From assembly GCA_040377305.1 (NCBI GenBank), contig JBEIPA010000002.1, positions 66,245 to 130,244 of the forward strand: a DNA stretch of 64,000 nucleotides, given 5' to 3'. Under the pieces are notes generated by a model that saw only the letters and a list, made by a program, of their open reading frames with translations, was not told where the DNA came from and made no database searches. The position numbers and the translations under genes were made by a program. Origin of the DNA: Flavobacteriales bacterium (GTDB taxonomy: Bacteria > Bacteroidota > Bacteroidia > Palsa-965). Shown here one piece after another: positions 39,931 through 50,258 of this stretch (its first letter is position 1; every line of letters begins with the position of its first letter).

Positions 39931-40682
39931 AATCTTATAGGTATTTCATTCATTCGTAAATACTTCTTCAGCGCCGGTATTTCAATCTCACCAAAGTGAA
40001 AAATACTTGCAGCTAATGCTGCGTCTGCCTTTCCATGGGTAAACACCTCCGAAAAATGTTCGATAGTACCAGCTCCACCAGAAGCGATGATGGGCACATT
40101 CACCGATTCCGCAATTTCGCGTGTAAGTTCAATTGCAAAACCATTTTTTGTTCCATCGTGATTCATAGATGTCAAAAGAATTTCTCCGGCACCGCGATCT
40201 ACCGCTTCACGAATCCAATCCTGCGCCTTCCGACCAGAAGAAATTCTTCCACCATTCAGGAACACCGACCATTCTCCTACCTCAAACTTCACATCGACTG
40301 CCAACACAACACACTGACTCCCGAATTCCTTAGCCAACTCCGTAATTAATTCCGGATTTCTTACCGCTGCAGAATTAACCGAAACTTTATCGGCACCATT
40401 CATCAACACGGCGCGCACATCATCTACAGATCCAATGCCTCCTCCAACAGTGAAAGGAATATTAATTGACGAAGCAACATTTCGCACTAACTCGGTCAAC
40501 GTCTTCCTCTTCTCCTCCGTTGCAGTGATATCGAGAAACACAAGTTCATCCGCGCCTTGCTCTGCATAACGAACTCCTAACTCAATAGCGTCCCCGGCAT
40601 CGCGGAGTCCTACGAAGTTCACGCCCTTCACGGTGCGACCATCCTTCACATCTAAACAGGGAATGATTCTCTTCGTGAGCAT
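39927..40682 (-). CDS. hisF: Imidazole glycerol phosphate synthase cyclase subunit
   Basis: [20 protein letters not shown] is canonical HisF. 251 aa. Confidence 0.9.
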   Translation of the reverse strand: MLTKRIIPCLDVKDGRTVKGVNFVGLRDAGDAIELGVRYAEQGADELVFLDITATEEKRKTLTELVRNVASSINIPFTVGGGIGSVDDVRAVLMNGADKVSVNSAAVRNPELITELAKEFGSQCVVLAVDVKFEVGEWSVFLNGGRISSGRKAQDWIREAVDRGAGEILLTSMNHDGTKNGFAIELTREIAESVNVPIIASGGAGTIEHFSEVFTHGKADAALAASIFHFGEIEIPALKKYLRMNEIPIRL

Positions 40683-41413
40683 TACGTGTTTCGTGAATTA
40701 AACTGTTCCAATTGCTTGATCGATATCCGGTTCTCATAAATCGCCTTACCCACAATTACACCTTCGCAACCAATTTCTTCAAGGCGGATAATGTCATCAA
40801 TAGATGTCACTCCACCACTCGCAACCAGACGCAAGCCCGGACAACGCGCAATGAGCTTTCGATATAAATCTTCTGAGGGTCCCTCGAGTTTGCCATCCTT
40901 AGAAATATCCGTGCAGAAGAAATAATGGACGCGGTTACTCATCTGTTGCTGGATGAATGAAACCACATCAATGTCGGTTTGTTCTGTCCATCCGTTAACT
41001 GCTATCTTTTCATCCCGGACATCAGCCCCAATGAAAAAACGTTCGGCTCCATACGTCGAAATCCATTCCCGAAATATTTTGGGCTCTTGCACTGCCAGAC
41101 TACCTACAGTAGCATAAGCTGCCCCCGCATTCAAAACACTTTTCAGTTCAGTTTCCGTTTTGATACCTCCACCAAAATCAACCAACAAATCGGTATGCAG
41201 TGAAATTTCCTCCAGGATGTGAATATTTTTAACTGTGCCCGCTTTCGCACCATCCAAATCAACAACGTGCAATCGCTTTACACCTGCAGCTTCAAATTCT
41301 TTGGCTACATCCAGTGGTGCATCACTATAAACCACTTTGCGCGAATAGTCTCCTTCCGTAAGTCGCACGCATCTTCCATCAATAATGTCAATGGCAGGAA
41401 TAATCTCAATCAT
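40682..41413 (-). CDS. hisA: ProFAR isomerase
   Basis: [18 protein letters not shown] is the HisA N-terminus. 243 aa. Confidence 0.85.
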   Translation of the reverse strand: MIEIIPAIDIIDGRCVRLTEGDYSRKVVYSDAPLDVAKEFEAAGVKRLHVVDLDGAKAGTVKNIHILEEISLHTDLLVDFGGGIKTETELKSVLNAGAAYATVGSLAVQEPKIFREWISTYGAERFFIGADVRDEKIAVNGWTEQTDIDVVSFIQQQMSNRVHYFFCTDISKDGKLEGPSEDLYRKLIARCPGLRLVASGGVTSIDDIIRLEEIGCEGVIVGKAIYENRISIKQLEQFNSRNT

Positions 41414-42006
41414 AGGTCTAAAAAGTTTCGGATGATCGTTTCACCAACTACTCCACTCTTCTCCGGGTGAAACTGCACGCCATAAAAATTGTTCTTCTCC
41501 AATCCTGCACTGAACGGACGAACATACGTTGTAATTGAATTTGTCTGTTCACACACATCCGCGCAAAATCCATGCACGTAATATACGAAGGCATTATCGC
41601 TGACACCTGTGTATAATTTGCTTTTGAGATGAGAGATATCATTCCATCCCACGTGCGGAATTTTACCTTCAAACACGCGAACACCCGAATCAAACCGTCG
41701 AACAGTTGTAGCGAATACCCCAAGCGCTTTTGTGTTGCCTTCTTCGCTGTAATCACACAACAATTGCATGCCAAGACACACGCCTAAAACCGGCTGCTCT
41801 AATCCGGTAATGACCTGATGCAATCCCGCATGCGTCAACGCACGCATCGCAGATGAAGCTTCTCCTACACCGGGAAATATCACTTTGTCTGCTGACATAA
41901 TTACGGAAGCATCATCACTCACAATTGCGTCCACACCCAATCGATTCAGAGCAAACTGAACAGAAGCTACATTTCCTGCGTTGTATTTTATGATAACTAC
42001 TTTCAT
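41410..42006 (-). CDS. hisH: Imidazole glycerol phosphate synthase glutamine amidotransferase subunit
   Basis: Class I GATase with the HisH-type PVLGVCLGMQLL motif. 198 aa. Confidence 0.85.
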   Translation of the reverse strand: MKVVIIKYNAGNVASVQFALNRLGVDAIVSDDASVIMSADKVIFPGVGEASSAMRALTHAGLHQVITGLEQPVLGVCLGMQLLCDYSEEGNTKALGVFATTVRRFDSGVRVFEGKIPHVGWNDISHLKSKLYTGVSDNAFVYYVHGFCADVCEQTNSITTYVRPFSAGLEKNNFYGVQFHPEKSGVVGETIIRNFLDL

Positions 42007-42578
42007 GCATTCAAAAAGTTAAGCATGATCTGTTCACCGTATTCCGTCATGATGGATTCCGGATGAAACTGTACGGCAAAAATCTTTTGTGCCGCATCTT
42101 CAATAGCCATCACCTGATTTTGAGAATCGCGCACGGTCACTTTATAATTATTCGGTAATGTCATCTCGTCTATCACCCAGGAGTGATATCGTCCCGCGTT
42201 GAATCCTGATTTTACATTCGCAAAAAGCACCGAACCTTCATTCACTTGCATGGGAGTCGCCACACCATGATAAACTTTGTCGAGGTTGATGAGCTTTCCT
42301 CCTTCAGCAATACAAATGGCCTGCTGACCGAGGCACACCCCAAGAATTGGTTTCTTGCCTTTATACATTTTGATCAGAGCAAGAAGATCTCCGGCTTCTT
42401 CAGGAATTCCTGGTCCGGGAGAAAGTATAATGCGATCGTAAGTCGCTGCATGCTCCAATTGCAATTCGTTATTTCGCACAACTTCCACTTTCACATCCGG
42501 AGCAACTTTCTCCACGAGGTGAACGAGGTTGTAGGTGAACGAATCGTAATTGTCGAATACCAATATCTTTTCCATCAC
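42003..42578 (-). CDS. pabA: Anthranilate/aminodeoxychorismate synthase component II (class I GATase, TrpG/PabA type)
   Basis: KILVFDNYDSFTYNLVHL ... PILGVCLGQQAI ... FAVQFHPES are TrpG/PabA-type motifs. Sits in the position preceding hisH. Confidence 0.75.
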   Translation of the reverse strand: MMEKILVFDNYDSFTYNLVHLVEKVAPDVKVEVVRNNELQLEHAATYDRIILSPGPGIPEEAGDLLALIKMYKGKKPILGVCLGQQAICIAEGGKLINLDKVYHGVATPMQVNEGSVLFANVKSGFNAGRYHSWVIDEMTLPNNYKVTVRDSQNQVMAIEDAAQKIFAVQFHPESIMTEYGEQIMLNFLNA

Positions 42579-42595
42579 TCAGTGTCTCTGGTTAC

Positions 42596-42622
42596 AAAAA
42601 AAGTCCGCTGTGTGAGCGGACT
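42596..42622 (-). terminator. Rho-independent terminator on the minus strand, 18-40 nt upstream of the pabA start (attenuator-like)
   Basis: Minus strand reads AGTCCGCT, CACAC, AGCGGACT, then TTTTTTT. 8-bp perfect stem. Confidence 0.5.
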
Positions 42623-42647
42623 TTGTTATAGTTACAACAACCACGAT

Positions 42648-42707
42648 TCACACGGTCCGGGATTCCGAAATATGTGCACAGTGTTTGTTGATTGTGATCT
42701 TGTTCAT
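42648..42707 (-). promoter_or_regulatory. Putative leader peptide ORF (19 aa, MNKITINKHCAHISESRTV) preceding the pabA-his terminator
   Basis: ATG..TGA small ORF 25 nt upstream of the terminator hairpin. Its N-terminus resembles the hisG leader (MNMNKTTF...). Confidence 0.25.
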
Positions 42708-42872
42708 TGCGATGCAAATATAATGTAGGAATTTCCACAAAACCAAATCAAAGGAGGAAACGGGATCCAGGAATTTGGGAATAGGGTATTCGGGCTATAT
42801 GAATTACGTTAAACTCAGCCCAAAACCCCTTTTCCCTTATTTCCCTAATCCCTATTTCCCTACCTTTCTTGA

Positions 42873-43952
42873 ATGAGGATTTTCCTTCTCGCTGCAACTA
42901 TTTGTCTAAGCATTGTCATCAACGCACGTCAAATCCAACCGGGTTTCGACAGCCAGGAATTTCGTAAAATGTTTCAGATAAGTGCGCATCAAACCGACAC
43001 ACCCTGGGTGAAACTTAAATTCCCGTATCCCGGCGGATACAACATGGTGTATCGCTCACCGGTTGGCGGTCTCGACAATCGTTGGGACATGTGGATGAGT
43101 CCGGACTCGGTTGCGGTGATCAGTATTCGCGGCACAACGGGAACGAACGAATCGTGGTTGGAGAATTTTTATGCCGGTATGATTCCCGCTGAAGGAACGT
43201 TGAACATGGGTAACGGAAAGTTGTTCGACTACAAACTTGCAGAAGATTCACTCGCTTATGTGCATATCGGCTGGACAATCGGAATGGCAAGCATGGCTCC
43301 TGAAATTGTTACGCAAATGAATCTGCAATACAACAAAGGCATTCGCGACTTCATCATCATGGGACACAGTCAGGGAGGTGCAATTGCGCTCTTGTTGCAT
43401 TCCTACCTGCACTACTTACCCGATTCAATTTTGCCGAATGACATTCGCGTAAAAACGTATGGAAGTGCAGCACCGAAAGTTGGGAATCAGAAATTCTCTT
43501 ACGATTTCGATTTCATTTCACGTGGCGGTTGGGCATTTCGGATTGTGAATTCAGTCGACTGGGTACCTGAATGTCCGTTCACCGTACAAACTACTAATGA
43601 TCTCAGTCACGGAAATCCATTCGCAGAACCAGAACGCGCCGGATTAACAGGTCCCGCGAAAGTAATTGCGAATCACGTCATTCGTAAAATGAACCGGAAA
43701 GCAAAACGTGCGGAGAAACGATTCCGGAAATATCTCGCCATCAAAACAGGAAAGTTTGTACGCAAGAAAATTCCCGGCATGCCTAAACAGGAATACGTGA
43801 AAAGTATGGCATACGTAAGTTGTGGTTCGCCCATTGTACTTGTTCCGGATAAACACTACTACGATCTGTATCCCGACAGAGGTGGAATTTTCACGAATCA
43901 CTATTTCGGCCCGTATTACTATTTGTTGAACGTGTATTATCCGGTGAAGTAA
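42873..43952 (+). CDS. Secreted alpha/beta hydrolase, lipase-like (GHSQG nucleophile elbow)
   Basis: Has a signal peptide. FIIMGHSQGGAIALL is the nucleophile elbow. 359 aa. Confidence 0.55.
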   Translation: MRIFLLAATICLSIVINARQIQPGFDSQEFRKMFQISAHQTDTPWVKLKFPYPGGYNMVYRSPVGGLDNRWDMWMSPDSVAVISIRGTTGTNESWLENFYAGMIPAEGTLNMGNGKLFDYKLAEDSLAYVHIGWTIGMASMAPEIVTQMNLQYNKGIRDFIIMGHSQGGAIALLLHSYLHYLPDSILPNDIRVKTYGSAAPKVGNQKFSYDFDFISRGGWAFRIVNSVDWVPECPFTVQTTNDLSHGNPFAEPERAGLTGPAKVIANHVIRKMNRKAKRAEKRFRKYLAIKTGKFVRKKIPGMPKQEYVKSMAYVSCGSPIVLVPDKHYYDLYPDRGGIFTNHYFGPYYYLLNVYYPVK

Positions 43953-45586
43953 TGACGACAAAATTCAAATCAAACCGAATCTTGAAACTACTCACGGCAG
44001 TGCTTATTGTCGCTGCAATGATGTGGTTCACTCAAAATGAATCACAAGCGAATACAGAAAGTGAATTTGTCGCGGGTGAACTGATCGTTCAGGTAAAAGA
44101 AGTACTACCCGATAATTTATCTGCGCTCGGCATACATAGCGTTCAACAAATCTGCAAAGACAAAAATGGACAGAGCAAAATTTATGTTCTGCATTTTGAT
44201 GAATCAGAAGATGTTGTCGCTAAGAAAGAAGACCTTTTACAAACCGGAAGTTTCATTTGGGCAGAACCAAACGGCTTTATGAAAGGCTGTGTGACTCCGA
44301 ACGACTCGATGTTCTTTCGGCAGTACGGATTGGAGAATCTCGGTTCATTCAATCTCACATTCTCCACCGCAGATTCTGATTCTGATTTACCGGAAGCCTG
44401 GAACATCGAACAAGGCGACACGAATGTCGTTGTTGCAGTTCTCGACGGAGGAATTGCCTTGGCGCATCCTGAATTTGCAGGAAGGATTTGGCAGAACTAC
44501 ACCGAGAATCCCATCAATAATATTGACGACGATGGCAACGGCTACATCGACGATTATCAAGGGTGGAATTTCGCTTATGATACAAATTCTCCCGCCGATG
44601 ATCTCGGACACGGCACTTCTGTAGCTGGTGTCATTGGTGCAAACGCCAACAACGCAATTGGTCTCGCCGGCGTTGACTGGAACTGTAAGCTCATGGTCTG
44701 CAAAGTTCTCGATGGAAGTAATTTCGGAACGTACGCCGATATCGCTGACGCCATTTACTACGCAACGAACAACGGTGCAGATATCATCAACATGTCATTC
44801 TCTGGTGGAGCGTCGAGCACCATCACGAACGCGGTACAATACGCATGGAACAACAACGTGGTGATGTGCGCTGCTTCCGGAAATGGAAATACATCTACTC
44901 CATCTTTTCCCGCAGCAGATTCATTGGTACTCGCAGTCGGTGGGAGCAATGCCTGGGATGTCCGCTACCAATTCAGTAATTACGGTCCTCACATCGATGT
45001 AGTCGCAGCCGGTGACTACGTGTACATTCTGGATTACGCCAACTTCTCCAACTACGGAACTTATTCAGGAGGAACCTCACTTGCTTCTCCTTTCGTTGCA
45101 GGAGTTGCTGCATTGCTCAAAGCACAGGACACCGCACGCACAAATTCAGAAATCTACAACATCATTCGCGCAACCGCCGAAGACACCGTTGACGTTTTCA
45201 CCGGAGAAGATGTTGTTGGCTGGGATCAGTATTTTGGTTTTGGAAGAGTGAATGCGCATTATGCGTTGTTGTATGATAGTTTGAGTTTGGCGACGCCAGA
45301 TTTGTCACCCTTCGGCTCCGCTCAGTCTGACAAAACCAATCAAATGTCAATTTATCCGAATCCGTTTTCTGAACAGGCGACGATTTATTCGAGTGTGGAG
45401 TTGAATGATGCGACGGCGGAGATTTATGATGCGAGTGGGAAGTTGGTGAGGGAAACCCGAAATGTTTTAGGAAATACGATTCCGTTGGTGAGAGGTGAAT
45501 TGGCAAATGGGACGTATTTGGTTGTGGTCACTGAAGATGGGATAGTGATTGAGAGAATAAGGTTTGTTATATCCAATCCGAATTGA
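43952..45586 (+). CDS. Subtilisin-like S8 peptidase with T9SS C-terminal sorting domain
   Basis: Catalytic Asp in VAVLDGGI, His in HGTSVAGVIG, Ser in GGTSLASPFVAG. C-terminal MSIYPNPFSEQATIY...GTYLVVV is a T9SS CTD. Start overlaps the lipase stop. Confidence 0.8.
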   Translation: MTTKFKSNRILKLLTAVLIVAAMMWFTQNESQANTESEFVAGELIVQVKEVLPDNLSALGIHSVQQICKDKNGQSKIYVLHFDESEDVVAKKEDLLQTGSFIWAEPNGFMKGCVTPNDSMFFRQYGLENLGSFNLTFSTADSDSDLPEAWNIEQGDTNVVVAVLDGGIALAHPEFAGRIWQNYTENPINNIDDDGNGYIDDYQGWNFAYDTNSPADDLGHGTSVAGVIGANANNAIGLAGVDWNCKLMVCKVLDGSNFGTYADIADAIYYATNNGADIINMSFSGGASSTITNAVQYAWNNNVVMCAASGNGNTSTPSFPAADSLVLAVGGSNAWDVRYQFSNYGPHIDVVAAGDYVYILDYANFSNYGTYSGGTSLASPFVAGVAALLKAQDTARTNSEIYNIIRATAEDTVDVFTGEDVVGWDQYFGFGRVNAHYALLYDSLSLATPDLSPFGSAQSDKTNQMSIYPNPFSEQATIYSSVELNDATAEIYDASGKLVRETRNVLGNTIPLVRGELANGTYLVVVTEDGIVIERIRFVISNPN

Positions 45587-45935
45587 ACAAAATCAAGCCA
45601 TGAGTTTTGGAAAACATACCATCAGTGCAATTAAAGTTCAAATCACTAGTTACACTAGTGATGATAATCCTGGATTCGTCGAGTGCAGATTTCATGACGC
45701 ATGGAATAAGGAACACGTTATCCATGATAAAGTTCCCGTTGTAACATTAGAGAATCTCGATGCGAACAGTGCCTACCCTCGCCCCGGTGTTATTGGATGC
45801 ACCGTAATCAAGGAATGGATGGATGAGAACGGACGTGAAATAATCTCGGTAACCACTGAAAAACCGTGGGCAATTGATTCCACCGAGGGCAATTACGAAT
45901 TCGATATATTGGCTAGTCAAATTACAGAAATATGA
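45564..45935 (+). CDS. Hypothetical protein
   Basis: ORF only; AT-rich third positions. The likely start is the internal MSFGKHT. Confidence 0.3.
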   Translation: MLYPIRIEQNQAMSFGKHTISAIKVQITSYTSDDNPGFVECRFHDAWNKEHVIHDKVPVVTLENLDANSAYPRPGVIGCTVIKEWMDENGREIISVTTEKPWAIDSTEGNYEFDILASQITEI

Positions 45936-46273
45936 ATCCTGTTATCCCCTTCCAAACCACATCCTGGTCCTCCCTCCCTTCCACCGAACACAAAGGAGAC
46001 ACGGGCACCGCCTTCTGGAAAACCCTCGAGTTCCCCGGTCTCCGCATCCGCATGGTTGAATATTCTCCGAACTACCTCGCCGATCACTGGTGCGAAAAAG
46101 GTCACATCATTTATTGCATCGAAGGAGAAATGGATACTGAGTTGGCTGATGGAAGCATTCATAAACTCTCTGTGGGAATGTCATATCAGGTTTCAGACGG
46201 CTTGAGCTCGCACCGAACGAGTTCGAAGAATGGTGTGAAGCTGTTTATTGTGGATGGGAATTTTTTGAAATAA
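45932..46273 (+). CDS. Small cupin-fold protein (DHCW-like motif family)
   Basis: 113 aa. LADHWCEKGHIIYCIEGEM resembles the DHCW-motif cupin core. Confidence 0.4.
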   Translation: MNPVIPFQTTSWSSLPSTEHKGDTGTAFWKTLEFPGLRIRMVEYSPNYLADHWCEKGHIIYCIEGEMDTELADGSIHKLSVGMSYQVSDGLSSHRTSSKNGVKLFIVDGNFLK

Positions 46274-46295
46274 GTTCAATTAATACAATGGTATC

Positions 46296-46640
46296 ATGAC
46301 CTCTCGAGACTTTGCCAAAGCATTTCATTACGAAAAGGAAAATCTTCTTGACCTTTACTTTGAACGTAAGCAAACTCCAAACAACCACCGCGCAGAAGTA
46401 AGTATATTAATAGACCGATTGCACCTTGACTCCGATCAAAAAGAAACACTTCACAAAATGGTTGATAGTGTAATTACAGATGTGATGTACGCCATTCTGC
46501 TTGGTTTAGATGGTAGTGGTACAATTGGTAATCTTAGACAACAAGATTATAACATTACTGATGAAGAAGGAAACACTGTGACTGACGGAGAATTGGGCGA
46601 TGCTGCATACGATATTTTTCATGGAGATCAATCTGTGTAA
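46296..46640 (+). CDS. Hypothetical protein
   Basis: ORF only; AT-rich codon usage. Confidence 0.3.
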   Translation: MTSRDFAKAFHYEKENLLDLYFERKQTPNNHRAEVSILIDRLHLDSDQKETLHKMVDSVITDVMYAILLGLDGSGTIGNLRQQDYNITDEEGNTVTDGELGDAAYDIFHGDQSV

Positions 46641-46684
46641 TCTGTCCCGACAGTAAACGTCGGGACGGCAAAAGAAAACCACTC

Positions 46685-47839
46685 ATGATGAAACTGAAAC
46701 TTCTTTATACAATCGTCTCTCTCCTCTTAGTTTCGACAACCGAGATCTTTGGAGCCTCAGACCCCTGCGACTCTGTAACCCTCACAAAACTGCCCGGACC
46801 AACACCAGCCTTCAACGCGGACAGTTCACTCTACCTCATCAACAAACTCGATAGAACCGGAAAGAAAGGCGTCTACCAGATTTACATCGGCAAACGCGGC
46901 GATAAAGATTCCGTGCTCACCTGCATTTCGCTCAATGGTCCTGCCAACCGCCCTGATTCCGAAGTCGGACGAGGCAAAAAACGTCCCTTCAAAAAACTCC
47001 ACAAGATGCAAGTGCAATGGCACGCGTCCGGAAAGTTTATCATCTGCGCTGTCGAGTGGGATGATTATAACGAACTGCACTACACACCTTACAAAACACG
47101 ACTCGGACTTCTTCAGTGCGGAATCTGGATGGACATTTACGCCGTTACGCCCGATGGAAAAACCTGGACGCGACTCGTAAAAACTGTTCGCGGATTCACC
47201 GGTCCTGCATTCACAGTTGATGGCAGCAAATGCTCCTGGGCAGAAGGACAAGACAGCGCTGATCTTCGCAAAGACAAATTCGGAAAATGGAAACTGAAGT
47301 TCGCCGAGTTTCAGGTCAACAACGGTGTTCCGTCGCTCACCAACATCAAAGACATCACACCGAAAAATACAAACTGGGTAGAGCCCGGAAATTTTCATCC
47401 CGACGGACAACGTTTGCTCATCACTGCAGATTGCGGAATGACAGACGCACGCGGACAAGATCAATTCATCATCAATGTCTACACCGGAGAACTCATCAAT
47501 CTCAACAACACACCAAACGTCTGGGATGAACACGGACTCTTCTCCGCCGACGGATCAAAAATTGTGTGGATGAGTTCCTATCCCTATCGCAGCGATCCGA
47601 ATTCCTATCGCATCATCAGCATCAAAACCGAATTCATGATCATGAACACTGATGGCTCCGATCAGCGTCAACTCACGCACTTCTGCGAAAAAGGCTATCC
47701 CGAATATGGTGCAGGCATAGCAGCTGTCGGCTGGTTCGAACCGGATGGATATTCCATTACCGGATACACACTCCTTTTTCCGTACTACAATTTTTTCAGC
47801 ATCCAATTCAACGGTCCCTGCGGCAAGGCTCAAAAATAA
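46685..47839 (+). CDS. Secreted beta-propeller-like protein (PD40/TolB-like repeats)
   Basis: Has a signal peptide. Repeated DG..I.. segments (TPDGKTW, HPDGQRLL, SADGSKIVW, NTDGSDQ). Confidence 0.4.
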   Translation: MMKLKLLYTIVSLLLVSTTEIFGASDPCDSVTLTKLPGPTPAFNADSSLYLINKLDRTGKKGVYQIYIGKRGDKDSVLTCISLNGPANRPDSEVGRGKKRPFKKLHKMQVQWHASGKFIICAVEWDDYNELHYTPYKTRLGLLQCGIWMDIYAVTPDGKTWTRLVKTVRGFTGPAFTVDGSKCSWAEGQDSADLRKDKFGKWKLKFAEFQVNNGVPSLTNIKDITPKNTNWVEPGNFHPDGQRLLITADCGMTDARGQDQFIINVYTGELINLNNTPNVWDEHGLFSADGSKIVWMSSYPYRSDPNSYRIISIKTEFMIMNTDGSDQRQLTHFCEKGYPEYGAGIAAVGWFEPDGYSITGYTLLFPYYNFFSIQFNGPCGKAQK

Positions 47840-47904
47840 AATTTGCGCAATCTGAGAAATCTGCGAATCTGTGGCAAAGCGCGCTTGCGCGCAATGAGAA
47901 ACGC

Positions 47905-49014
47905 TTATAGTACACCTTTCGTTGTCGGTAAAGAGTTATCTCCTGTATTTCTCTTCACCGCCATCTTCACCGCTTTCGCAAACGCCTTAAACACACTCTC
48001 AATTTTGTGGTGCTCATTCTCTCCTTCCGCCTTGATGTTGAGATTACACTTCGCTGCATCACTAAACGACTTGAAGAAGTGAAAAAACATTTCCGTCGGA
48101 ACATCACCAATCTTCTCCCGCTTAAATTCCGTCTCCCATTCTATCCACGGACGACCACCAAAATCAATCGCAACCTGCGCCAAACAATCATCCATCGGTA
48201 ACAGAAATCCGTAGCGTTCAATTCCGCGTTTATCGCCAAGCGCTTTTGCAAAACATTCGCCGAGTGCAATTCCCGTATCTTCAATCGTGTGATGCTCATC
48301 AATATGCAAATCACCTTTCGCATCTATATTCAAGTCAATCGCGCCGTGCTTCGCAATCTGCTCCAGCATGTGATCGAAGAAATTCAATCCGGTTTTGATT
48401 TCTGCCTTTCCCGTTCCGTCAAGATTGAGCTGAATCTGAATATCCGTTTCATTCGTCTTCCGAACTACAGACGCAACGCGCGATGGCTTCCGAAGAAATT
48501 CGTAAATCTCTTTCCATCCATCACAGATCAACGTAATCTTGTCTTCCCAACCATCGGCCTTGTCGTAATTGCGAATGAGAATTGATTTACAACCGAGATT
48601 CTGTGCAAGCTTAACGTCCGTAATCCGATCACCAATCACAAATGAATTTGCAAGATCGTATTCGCCGGTCATGTACTTCGTGAGCATTCCCGTTCCAGGT
48701 TTACGCGTCGGAAGATTTTCTTCAGGATAACTTTTGTCAATGCACACTTCCGAAAAATGAACGCTCTCATTCTCCAAACTCTCCATCACAAAATTCTGCA
48801 CAGGCCAAAACGTTTCTTCCGGATACTTCTCCGTTCCCAACCCATCCTGATTCGTTACCATCACCAATTCGAATTTACACTCCTCCGCAATCTTGCGCAG
48901 GTATGTAAACATTCCCGGCAGAAATTTCAGCTTAGAGAAACTATCAATCTGAAACGTATCCGGTGGCTCCCAGATCAACGTTCCATCGCGATCAATAAAA
49001 AGTACCTTTTTCAT
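47905..49014 (-). CDS. hisB: Bifunctional histidinol-phosphatase / imidazoleglycerol-phosphate dehydratase
   Basis: N-terminal HAD motif FIDRDGTL. C-terminal IGPD region. 369 aa. Confidence 0.85.
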   Translation of the reverse strand: MKKVLFIDRDGTLIWEPPDTFQIDSFSKLKFLPGMFTYLRKIAEECKFELVMVTNQDGLGTEKYPEETFWPVQNFVMESLENESVHFSEVCIDKSYPEENLPTRKPGTGMLTKYMTGEYDLANSFVIGDRITDVKLAQNLGCKSILIRNYDKADGWEDKITLICDGWKEIYEFLRKPSRVASVVRKTNETDIQIQLNLDGTGKAEIKTGLNFFDHMLEQIAKHGAIDLNIDAKGDLHIDEHHTIEDTGIALGECFAKALGDKRGIERYGFLLPMDDCLAQVAIDFGGRPWIEWETEFKREKIGDVPTEMFFHFFKSFSDAAKCNLNIKAEGENEHHKIESVFKAFAKAVKMAVKRNTGDNSLPTTKGVL

Positions 49015-49087
49015 ATACTACCTTTTTTTGACCACTAAGCGCACAAAGACACAAAGCAATTTCTTTGTGTCTTCGTGAACTTCGTGG

Positions 49088-50185
49088 TCAATTTTTTATT
49101 TGTTCGAGCCTTGTAACAAGTTGAATGTTTTCTTCTGGTGTCCCTACAGTAATTCTAAGGCATCCTTCACACATCTCCACCTTCGATCTATCCCGCACCA
49201 CAATCCCATTCTCCGCCAGAAAATCATACACACCTTTCGCATCATCCACTTTCACCAGCACAAAATTCGCATCACTCCCATAAATCTTCCTCACAAAAGC
49301 CAACTGCCCGAGCGCCTTCACCAACTTCTCTCTCTCCGCAACTGTTTCCTTAATCCACGCATTCACCTGCTCAATATTCCCTAGCGCGTTCAACACTATT
49401 TCCTGCGCCGGACTTCCAATATTGTACGGAGGTTTAATTTTATTCATGATCTCCACTATCGCTTCCGAAGCAAACAACATTCCCACTCTCACTCCCGCCA
49501 ATCCCCACGCCTTCGAAAACGTTTGTAACACCACCAGATTCGGATACTCCGTCAGTTCAGAAATCATGGGCCGTTGCCGCGAATAATTCACATACGCTTC
49601 GTCCACTACAACCAATCCCTCGAAATTATTCAGGATAATTTCAATGTCTTCCCGATTCATACTATTCCCCGTCGGATTATTCGGAGAACAAATCCAAATG
49701 ATTTTCGTTTGATCGTCAACCGCCTCAGATATCTTCTCCACATCAAGCTGAAATTCCGCAGTGAGATTCACCTTGCGAACTTCAACATCATTAATATTCG
49801 CACTCACTTCGTACATACCATACGTCGGTGGAACAATGATCACATTGTCCTTCCCCGGATTACAAAACGCCCGATACAACAGATCAATCGCTTCATCACT
49901 GCCATTCCCAAGAAAAATGTTGTGAGCAGGAACACCTTTGATAAATGATATTTTCCCCTTCAACTCTTCCTGCAGCGGATCGGGATAACGGTTGTAGTTC
50001 GACTTGTCAGACTGAGCGGAGTCGAAGGCGGACAATGTCGTACCGAAGACTGGCACCGGACTACCGAAACCATTCTCGTTCGCATCCAAATACACTTTCG
50101 CTTCTCCCGTAAACTCATGTCTCGCGGACGAGTATGGCTTCAGGTCTCGGATATTTTCTCTAACTATTTTATTTACGTCGAACAT
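49088..50185 (-). CDS. hisC: Histidinol-phosphate aminotransferase
   Basis: Class II aminotransferase, 365 aa. PLP Lys in TFSKAWGLAG. Sits at the HisC position in the operon. Confidence 0.85.
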   Translation of the reverse strand: MFDVNKIVRENIRDLKPYSSARHEFTGEAKVYLDANENGFGSPVPVFGTTLSAFDSAQSDKSNYNRYPDPLQEELKGKISFIKGVPAHNIFLGNGSDEAIDLLYRAFCNPGKDNVIIVPPTYGMYEVSANINDVEVRKVNLTAEFQLDVEKISEAVDDQTKIIWICSPNNPTGNSMNREDIEIILNNFEGLVVVDEAYVNYSRQRPMISELTEYPNLVVLQTFSKAWGLAGVRVGMLFASEAIVEIMNKIKPPYNIGSPAQEIVLNALGNIEQVNAWIKETVAEREKLVKALGQLAFVRKIYGSDANFVLVKVDDAKGVYDFLAENGIVVRDRSKVEMCEGCLRITVGTPEENIQLVTRLEQIKN

Positions 50186-50258
50186 ATTCCTTGAACATTG
50201 AACATCGTGCGTTGAACATTGAGCGTTTCATTCGAGTGCCCACCCACACCACCCTCCA

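Noticed and set aside
42003-42578. Possibility that this GATase is hisB or a second hisH
   Set aside because: Bifunctional hisB is clearly at 47905-49014. This protein has TrpG/PabA-type motifs (GVCLGQQ) rather than HisH-type (GVCLGMQLL).
46826-47533. 235-aa ORF on the minus strand
   Set aside because: Antisense within the PD40-like secreted protein gene. No features.
47843-47900. AATCTG(A/C/T)G x3 and GCGCGCTTGCGCGC palindrome between convergent genes
   Set aside because: Probably just a bidirectional terminator region. Too short to call a repeat family.
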